A DNA stretch of 64,000 bases from a virus: IMG/VR virus record IMGVR_UViG_3300050343_000265, positions 1-64,000 of that record; one strand, 5' to 3'. The notes beneath the pieces were generated by a model, which saw only the letters and a list, made by a program, of their open reading frames with translations, was not told where the DNA came from and ran no database searches. Below are positions 40,483-47,175 of this stretch, one piece after another (position 1 is the first letter of the stretch; each line of letters opens with the position of its first letter). The position numbers and the translations under genes were made by a program.

Positions 40483-40503
40483 GAGCGAATCCCTCGCTCT
40501 CCG
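40483..40503 (+). mobile_element. Putative attP core (3' end of a tRNA-Ser-like gene)
   Basis: CGAATCCCTCGCTCTCCG; GAGCG-7bp-CGCTC symmetry; next to the integrase. Confidence 0.7.
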
Positions 40504-40515
40504 TCACCTAACACT

Positions 40516-40541
40516 TAACCCCTCATCTGGGGGGTTATTTT
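40516..40541 (+). terminator. Terminator after the attP tRNA fragment
   Basis: TAACCCC..GGGGTTA-TTTT. Confidence 0.7.
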
Positions 40542-40583
40542 GCTAGATATGTATTGGTGTTGCTTATAACCCAGAAAGATCAC

Positions 40584-41399
40584 ATGAATTACAAACAACT
40601 GATGGAATCAGTCCGCGAAACGCAGGACATTCGAGACAGCACATACAAATGTTGGTGGCAGGCTATTCGGCCTATCGCTGATGTTCCGGTGTCAGCGACG
40701 GACAAAATGTTTGTCACTCGATACTGGAAGTCGCAGCTACAGCCAATTGGCAACTGCTCTCCCGAGACACTACGACGTCGGTTGAGCCTGCTGTCAGGCA
40801 TCTGGGCTATGGCAAATGAGGAGGAGATTCTTAAGGAGCAAGCCAACTACTGGTATCACTCCAGTAAGAAGATCAAGGTCAATCGTGATCTAAATGCAGA
40901 GCGCATGGGAATGGAGTATCCCGTACGACCTTTTGAGTTCTACAAGCCGTATCACCAAGATCCGATCTTCCTTGCAATCTGGTATCACGGGTTTCGGATT
41001 GGAGAGATCGCAGGGCTACTTAACCGGGAAATCGTTTTTAAAAATGCTATTCCGTTCTTTCAGATCAAAGATAATGACAACAGGCTCATAAAGCGCCTAG
41101 CGACAAGGCAAGTGCCTATTCATCCAGAGTTCTATCCATGGGTAGGAATGCTGACGACTGACTTCACTCGCTACCCAGGCAAGAACTGGTCAGAGAAATT
41201 TCATGAAGACATGAAGTTGCCACCTAAAGAAGCGGCACACAGCCTTCGTCATAACTGGAGCACCCGAGCAAGAGATGCTGGATTACAAGATTCGATGATT
41301 TCTAAAATCATGGGACATAAGGTTTCCGGCATGACCGCTCGCTATGGCTCATGGACCCTTGAAAACAAATTCGAGGCAATTAAAAAGGTCCGTCGTTAG
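40584..41399 (+). CDS. int: Tyrosine recombinase/integrase
   Basis: GFRIGE, HSLRH, MGH, ARYG catalytic set. Confidence 0.92.
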   Translation: MNYKQLMESVRETQDIRDSTYKCWWQAIRPIADVPVSATDKMFVTRYWKSQLQPIGNCSPETLRRRLSLLSGIWAMANEEEILKEQANYWYHSSKKIKVNRDLNAERMGMEYPVRPFEFYKPYHQDPIFLAIWYHGFRIGEIAGLLNREIVFKNAIPFFQIKDNDNRLIKRLATRQVPIHPEFYPWVGMLTTDFTRYPGKNWSEKFHEDMKLPPKEAAHSLRHNWSTRARDAGLQDSMISKIMGHKVSGMTARYGSWTLENKFEAIKKVRR

Positions 41400-41520
41400 C
41401 TACAGAAGCTACGTTAACTACCGTAGTTTTCTATATACCTGCTTTTTAATCCCCTGTGGCTCTTCGCTATAGGGGTATTTTTTTATCAGTATATAGATAG
41501 CAGCGTAGTTAGCGTAGCTT
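41400..41520. repeat. Inverted CTAC/GTAG iteron element, copy B (contains the integrase terminator at 41451-41484)
   Basis: CTAC at 41400, 41409, 41418; GTAG at 41505, 41514. Confidence 0.7.
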
Positions 41521-41568
41521 CAGTGTTAAATAGTTAGAATATATTTAGTTAAGTAAAATCGGACAACT

Positions 41569-41709
41569 ATGGCTATCTTAGAATCGGCTATCTTCTGGAT
41601 CGTGCTTGCTGCTGCAAGTGAAATTATTGCGTTGACTCCACTTAAGTCAAACAGCATGATTCAGCTTGCGTTGTCGGCGCTGAATTCGTTAAAGCCAAAA
41701 AAAAGTTGA
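41569..41709 (+). CDS. 46-aa membrane protein (holin-like)
   Basis: MAILESAIFWIVLAAASEIIALTPLKSNSMIQL. Confidence 0.65.
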   Translation: MAILESAIFWIVLAAASEIIALTPLKSNSMIQLALSALNSLKPKKS

Positions 41710-41960
41710 GCAATATTCCCGGTGATGGGAAATGGCTCTGGCAATTTGACACTCGTTCAGACTTCGAACGAGCTCAACGCTACATTCAAAAAAAGAAGTT
41801 CTACACCACCCTTACTAATAAGCTTGACCAGGCTGAGGCAGAGTGGAATCAAACGCAGCCAACTGAGGAACCTACGTGGGAGATCTCAGAAAAAGGGACG
41901 TTTGGCACAGACGGATGGTCCATTTCAACCCGTTATAAACATCTACGAACAGATGATTGA
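41706..41960 (+). CDS. Hypothetical protein
   Basis: Coupled ORF. Confidence 0.55.
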   Translation: MSNIPGDGKWLWQFDTRSDFERAQRYIQKKKFYTTLTNKLDQAEAEWNQTQPTEEPTWEISEKGTFGTDGWSISTRYKHLRTDD

Positions 41961-42192
41961 AGCCGCCATCCCTGTCGTTATTGCTATTGTTACTGGCACA
42001 GCCGTGCTTTTTAACAAAGTCAACAATCGAGTTACCACATTAGATACAAGGGTAGACCGATTGGAGTTAAAACTAGCTGAGTCTTATACATCGAAGCAGG
42101 AATTTACAGCGGCCATGGGACGGATGGAAGATCATTTAATTCGCATTGAAGACAAGATGGATATGCTGGTTACCATTAATCGCACTACATAA
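41953..42192 (+). CDS. TM plus coiled-coil protein (holin-like)
   Basis: MIEAAIPVVIAIVTG..RIEDKMD. Confidence 0.7.
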   Translation: MIEAAIPVVIAIVTGTAVLFNKVNNRVTTLDTRVDRLELKLAESYTSKQEFTAAMGRMEDHLIRIEDKMDMLVTINRTT

Positions 42193-42246
42193 TTACAGAA
42201 GAGACAAGTCTTAAGTAAAGTAAAGGCAGTTGCGAAAAACAACTAC

Positions 42247-42698
42247 ATGGGAATTGCTGAAGACTGGAAGGACCTAATGTTCGACCTCACTTGCTTATCT
42301 AAGCAGAGTGCCAAGCGCAGATTTAAAAAGTCAATTAAGTATGGATGGGGTGGCCTCTGCGGATATTGCAGATGCAATCGAGCAACCACACTGGACCACA
42401 TAAAGCCAAAATCCAAAGGCGGAGATAGCCGAAGAGGGAATCTTCTACCTGCTGCCTTGAGTGTAATCACTCCAAAGGAAGTGAACCTTGGTTAGTATGG
42501 TTTCAAAGGCAGTCTTTTTATAATGAAACTGCGAAAGAACTAATTGAAGAATGGATCTCAAACAAACGTTTTATAGAGGAAGAGTTAGCTGATGGAAGCA
42601 CTAACAGTCGAACAACGGTTTGCCTTAACAAGAGCTCGTTACGAGGTATCTCGGATGAGCCGTCCAGCCTTAGAAAAGACTGCCTTGCGACTGCTTAA
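42247..42698 (+). CDS. HNH endonuclease with a 1-nt frameshift near 42452
   Basis: CGYC..TLDHIKPKSKGG..NLLP; the alternate frame continues CLECNHSKGS. Confidence 0.75.
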
Positions 42699-42915
42699 GT
42701 CTCGCATGGAGCTTAAGAACGGCACACAAAATACACTACTTAAAGCAGGGATCATGTTCAAAATTGATGAGCATCAGGCTGGTTTGCCTGAGATCATTAG
42801 TGAAGAAACCTTCATGGAACTCCTGCTAAGAGCAGACAATGATCTTCCTACAAGTATCGACGATCAAGAATATGAGAATGATGATCTCGATGATGATGGT
42901 CTTATGATTGGTTAA
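42592..42915 (+). CDS. Hypothetical protein
   Basis: ORF with acidic tail. Confidence 0.65.
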   Translation: MEALTVEQRFALTRARYEVSRMSRPALEKTALRLLKSRMELKNGTQNTLLKAGIMFKIDEHQAGLPEIISEETFMELLLRADNDLPTSIDDQEYENDDLDDDGLMIG

Positions 42916-42949
42916 AGTTAGCTAGACTTCGACTAGTTAATATTTACAT

Positions 42950-43174
42950 ATGGAATATATTTTAGGGCCAGTATTAGCTGTTGCTTTGAGTATTAAATTT
43001 ACAGCTGAGAGAAGCAAGCTTATGGAAAAGCGTATTGCTGCTTTGGAAGCCAATGTAGAGCTTGTGCAGAGTTCTTCTACAACGATGGAAACAGAAATCC
43101 CGAAACGCATGCTTGCAACAATTGTTCCTCTTGCACAGGCAGTAAAGAAATTAAATGAGCAAGTTGGTATATGA
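42950..43174 (+). CDS. TM plus coiled-coil protein
   Basis: N-terminal hydrophobic helix; TAGACT at 42923. Confidence 0.7.
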   Translation: MEYILGPVLAVALSIKFTAERSKLMEKRIAALEANVELVQSSSTTMETEIPKRMLATIVPLAQAVKKLNEQVGI

Positions 43175-43368
43175 ACGTAGGGCAAGCTAAAAAGGTTGCA
43201 TTTGGAAGCCAGCCATCGAATAACTTGCAAGAATATTTTGATGCATGGCAGTGGCTATATGACAACAAGATCGAGCTAAAAGAACCAGATCATGATTACC
43301 TTGACAAACTGATCTGTGATGGCTCAGTGATCCCTAGAGAAGGATACTTCGATATACTAGACAAGTAG
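43171..43368 (+). CDS. Hypothetical protein
   Basis: ATGA-coupled. Confidence 0.65.
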   Translation: MNVGQAKKVAFGSQPSNNLQEYFDAWQWLYDNKIELKEPDHDYLDKLICDGSVIPREGYFDILDK

Positions 43369-43381
43369 TCGTAAAGATACT

Positions 43382-43714
43382 GTGAAAAGTGCTGGCTTAA
43401 GAAATAAACCGCTTGATCGGCGCTACTTACGTGATGACGAACGTGAAGCTTATGACGCAAGTGGTGATTATGGTGCACGTGCGCAGGCATTAAAAAGAAC
43501 AAAGGCATACAAAGGTCAAATGGCCTATGAGCAGAATCGTCCGATCAGGACTGTTACAACACGTCCTGGTACAGGTGGTCAGAACTCAGGCATTGGTATC
43601 CAACGTCAGCGCAAAGTCAATCAAGCAATGGCTAACGAACGCTCAGCTGATTTACGTCCAGAAATGGATAGCACACCCAATATTTATAAACAGCTTGATA
43701 CACGCTACGGATAA
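43382..43714 (+). CDS. Basic hypothetical protein
   Basis: ORF. Confidence 0.65.
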   Translation: MKSAGLRNKPLDRRYLRDDEREAYDASGDYGARAQALKRTKAYKGQMAYEQNRPIRTVTTRPGTGGQNSGIGIQRQRKVNQAMANERSADLRPEMDSTPNIYKQLDTRYG

Positions 43715-43774
43715 ACAATAAAAAACCTCCGCGTTAGCGAAGGCTTAAGACTCTTCCTTAGATCAGCTTAGCGA

Positions 43775-44146
43775 TCAGAAGCGGTAGGTAGCACCAATCT
43801 TGGTACCCAGTGAGAGGGTATCCACGTCAAACTCTTGGTCTTCTGTGATGAATGCAACTTCTCCGTAGAGTTCAAATGATTCTGAGACATCGGCAATAAC
43901 ACCAAACTTACCAGACACTTCAGTCTCAAGCTCTTCATCTTCAATGGAGATAAAAGCAGGACCTGCCTGTACATAAAGGCTAACATTTTCGCTAGCTTCA
44001 AACTCATAGCCAGCGTGGACTTCAGTCACTGCACCTTCAAAGTCATTGCCAACCCAGCCTGCATTGTTCTCAACGTTGGCGTAGGGTCCAGCAAATGCAG
44101 GAGCTGACAGTACAGATAAAGCTGCAATAGTAATAATAGATTTCAT
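43775..44146 (-). CDS. Small outer-membrane beta-barrel protein
   Basis: Signal peptide ending APAFA, amphipathic strands, terminal YRF. Confidence 0.8.
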   Translation of the reverse strand: MKSIITIAALSVLSAPAFAGPYANVENNAGWVGNDFEGAVTEVHAGYEFEASENVSLYVQAGPAFISIEDEELETEVSGKFGVIADVSESFELYGEVAFITEDQEFDVDTLSLGTKIGATYRF

Positions 44147-44213
44147 AATTAAACTAACTAGTATGGATAGCGATTTATACTTATCGCTCTCAATATTATA
44201 TGTACTAAATAAA

Positions 44214-44244
44214 CAAAAAAAGACCCCCGCTGTTAAGCGAGGGA
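44214..44244 (-). terminator. Rho-independent terminator (a similar one lies at 43718-43746)
   Basis: GC hairpin plus T run on the - strand. Confidence 0.65.
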
Positions 44245-44264
44245 CAGATAATTAATTGTATAAA

Positions 44265-44447
44265 TTAGTGGCAGTAACTAACACCACGGTATGTAAAACA
44301 ACCATGCCGTTCTTTTGTAGCAGTGGCTTTGATAGTTGGGACACCACGGTAGCGTGTCTCAGACAGGCGATGAACACGTAGTTCGTTCTGTGCACGAAGG
44401 TACTCTTTGCGAGCATTTTCGACAGCACGTGCTTGTAATTGGGTCAT
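44265..44447 (-). CDS. DUF4278 small protein
   Basis: Two YRGV motifs; GGAG RBS. Confidence 0.85.
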   Translation of the reverse strand: MTQLQARAVENARKEYLRAQNELRVHRLSETRYRGVPTIKATATKERHGCFTYRGVSYCH

Positions 44448-44474
44448 TGGAAACTCCATAGTGAGGTGTAGTTT

Positions 44475-44534
44475 CCCGTTCCTTCCCTCCATTCGTGAGG
44501 TACTTGCGTCTGCTAAATGTCAGCAGATGAACGT
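44475..44534 (-). ncRNA. Glutamine-II (Downstream-peptide) riboswitch
   Basis: CGUUCAUC-hairpin-GACGCAAG...GAAGGAACGGG upstream of DUF4278; TAGAAT 6 nt upstream. Confidence 0.88.
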
Positions 44535-44543
44535 ATTTATATT

Positions 44544-46052
44544 CTAGCGGCCTTGGAATAGTTCTGTCAATCCAAACTCAAATTTACTAGGATTAAATCT
44601 ATCTCCAGCTAATCGTAGACGATGTGCTAAATCAGGAAAAGGTGCATCTTTAACAAGCCCCCTACGAATTTGTACAGGATTAGTACCAGCACGTTGAATA
44701 ACAGGTGGGTTATCTACTCGTGCAGCTTCACTAGCAATTTGTTCTTTCAGTGAACTACCAGGAGTTGAATATCCAGTGCGTTCTTCAGTACCTATCGCTT
44801 GACGTGCTTTGGATAGTAGCGTTTCCCCTGTAGTAGCTCTTGACAACTCATTGAGAGATCTCGCGCCTTCCGTCAGTAAAAATCCGCCTGCAACACCAGG
44901 CATGACAGGAGCGATAGCAGGGACAGCTTGAGTTACTAAACCTGCTCCAGCTGCTACAGGCAGGCCCATTAAAGCCTCACCAGCAAATTGACGGGCACCT
45001 GCACCTATTCCTTCTCTTTCAGTAGCTCGGATAGTTTCTGCAGATGGAATTAAATCCGGTAAACCAAGTGATGCGCCTTGAGCAAATGCAGCGCGGGGTG
45101 AAATTTTGGGAGGTGTAAGTTTTTGTTGCTTAAAATCTTTTATCAAGCTAGTGAGTCCGTCTGCATAAATACCTTTTGAAGCTTTTGATTTCCAATCTCT
45201 TGGACCTTGTTTAGTTACTACAGTTGCTTCAGCATCAGCACGAGGAATATCTTGATTACGTTCAGTCCAATTAACTGGATCAATGCGTTGATCAGTCATA
45301 TCAACTACATCTTCACCCTGTTGTATTAAATCAGTTAAAGCAGTTTGGGATTCAACTATTGCGTCTACATTACCATTCGCTATTGCAGTGTTTTTCTCTA
45401 TAAGAAGTCTGTCTGATTCTTCTTGAAAGAGTTCGAGCATGTCAATGTTGCCAGATGCTTTTAAACCCTGAGCAATATTATTAAGACGAACCGGATTAGT
45501 GTTGGCACCAGAATAACGAACCCCCTTATTATCCTTAGCTAAGCCATAATCTAAAACAACTGTTTTATTAGTTTTAGGATTAAATTTAATATTACCTCCG
45601 TGTCGATCATTATGATAAACACCCCCCTTTCTGTATAAGTCAGAAAGAGCTTTTGATTTTGATAAGCTTCTGGTTCTACTAGGTTCAGTTTCTGCAAAAT
45701 CTGCTTTATCCATTTCAATAAAGCTTAAGCCTTGTGTATCACCAGCAGGTGCTTTAACACCAGAATCAGGATTAATCCACCGGTCATTTTCAGGAACAGC
45801 TTTGTCTGGGAAGAAACCTGTTTCTCCTAATTTAGGAACTTCAACGTTATCACCCGCATCAAGAAACGCACGAAATTGCTTATCAATTTCATTGTCATAA
45901 ATTGAGTAATCACCTTGTTGAATCTTGACAACTTTGCCGGGATTAAGCGGAGATTCGTAAACACCACCAAATGCTGATGGATCTCCAATACGCTTCCAAT
46001 CTTTATTTTTACCTGACTTAATAGCCTTAAGCTGTTCTTTAGTAAAATTCAC
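44544..46052 (-). CDS. Protein kinase-like domain fused to a hydrophobic C-terminal region
   Basis: SAFGGVY, VVK, IEMD, YHNDRHGGN, LDYGLA. Confidence 0.82.
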   Translation of the reverse strand: MNFTKEQLKAIKSGKNKDWKRIGDPSAFGGVYESPLNPGKVVKIQQGDYSIYDNEIDKQFRAFLDAGDNVEVPKLGETGFFPDKAVPENDRWINPDSGVKAPAGDTQGLSFIEMDKADFAETEPSRTRSLSKSKALSDLYRKGGVYHNDRHGGNIKFNPKTNKTVVLDYGLAKDNKGVRYSGANTNPVRLNNIAQGLKASGNIDMLELFQEESDRLLIEKNTAIANGNVDAIVESQTALTDLIQQGEDVVDMTDQRIDPVNWTERNQDIPRADAEATVVTKQGPRDWKSKASKGIYADGLTSLIKDFKQQKLTPPKISPRAAFAQGASLGLPDLIPSAETIRATEREGIGAGARQFAGEALMGLPVAAGAGLVTQAVPAIAPVMPGVAGGFLLTEGARSLNELSRATTGETLLSKARQAIGTEERTGYSTPGSSLKEQIASEAARVDNPPVIQRAGTNPVQIRRGLVKDAPFPDLAHRLRLAGDRFNPSKFEFGLTELFQGR

Positions 46053-46110
46053 TATAAATATAAACTTGTTATATTTATATGTTATCGATTAATGAATTTA
46101 GTTAATTACA

Positions 46111-46980
46111 CTATTTAAATGCCAAGCGCTTTAGAAAATCATATCCTTCGTTTAACTTTGATAAGCCAGGGCTAATATTGCTGGTCACTCGTTCTTCAAA
46201 CGAAGCTTCTCTGGGCGTTATATCTTGCCAGTGGTTTGGTGAAATTGTTTTATCAATATTGATAGGCTCATAAGTGCCTAAACCCTTGGCAACACTAGCA
46301 ATGATAGAAGGGATATTTCCACCTTCAACTAAGTCAATTTTACGATCAAAAGTATCTTTTGATTTAGAGCTAATTCCTGCACTCTTGTCAGCGGCTACAG
46401 TAGCTGCATCATCAATCTTCCATTGATCTTGTATATTCATTCCACCTTCTGGAGTAGGTCGCATAGATAAACCACCAAAAGTCATTTTTAGATCACGCCC
46501 ATAACCACTGTGATTAGAGTTGTTTTCAGCGTAGGTAGTTATATAAGGTGAATTAAATTTCGCAAGTCTATCGTTATCATGAGCTCGATAGTTTTTATTA
46601 AAAAAGTCTATCTCTGCTTTTTGCTGTTCAGGTGAAAGATCATAGAAAGATCCACCATCATTTGTTGTAAATCTATCTGGCTCAAACTCTCGAACGATTG
46701 GGGTTCGTGTAGGAGCCTTTTGAATAGAATAAGCTTGCTTTAATCTTGCTAGTTGATCATCATTAAGTTCAATACCTCCAGCTGTAACGGTGTCTCCACC
46801 TGTCATAGCTTTAATAAAAGTACGCTCTGGTAAACCAATGCCAGGTGTATTATCAACTACCGCATTACGGAGGTTTTGAAACGGTCCAGAACGTACTAAT
46901 CCACCTAAGACTGCTTTAGAACCTTGAATAAAAGGATTCTGCGCAATAGCATTGGTTGCAAATCTGGATATATCACTCAT
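46111..46980 (-). CDS. Hypothetical protein
   Basis: 289-aa ORF; TAAAAT at 47009-47004. Confidence 0.75.
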   Translation of the reverse strand: MSDISRFATNAIAQNPFIQGSKAVLGGLVRSGPFQNLRNAVVDNTPGIGLPERTFIKAMTGGDTVTAGGIELNDDQLARLKQAYSIQKAPTRTPIVREFEPDRFTTNDGGSFYDLSPEQQKAEIDFFNKNYRAHDNDRLAKFNSPYITTYAENNSNHSGYGRDLKMTFGGLSMRPTPEGGMNIQDQWKIDDAATVAADKSAGISSKSKDTFDRKIDLVEGGNIPSIIASVAKGLGTYEPINIDKTISPNHWQDITPREASFEERVTSNISPGLSKLNEGYDFLKRLAFK

Positions 46981-47021
46981 AACTAAATATCAAGCTTGTA
47001 ACTATTTTAACTATTTATCAA

Positions 47022-47124
47022 GGGACTTCCCCACAAATCGCAGGGAAGAGTAATTACTCAGAGAGAAGCAGCAGAAATCTCTGAAACCTAAAGTGCACCC
47101 TGACGCTGCTCTTCTTCAGGTGCA
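47022..47124 (-). ncRNA. Candidate three-hairpin ncRNA
   Basis: Three stems; TAGACT 5 nt upstream; complementary loops. Confidence 0.55.
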
Positions 47125-47175
47125 TATTTAGTCTAATAAATTTAATAGAATAGTAAGAGATTTAGTATTAAACAG

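Noticed and set aside
40410-40503. Complete tRNA gene
   Set aside because: Only the 3' 18 nt are tRNA-like; there is no 5' acceptor strand, D arm or anticodon arm.
42440-42470. Programmed frameshift in the HNH gene
   Set aside because: One missing base restores CxxCN and there is no slippery heptamer; error or a recent mutation is more likely.
47022-47124. Hammerhead ribozyme (CUGAAGA present)
   Set aside because: No downstream GAAA or three-way junction; CUGA lies within a stem.
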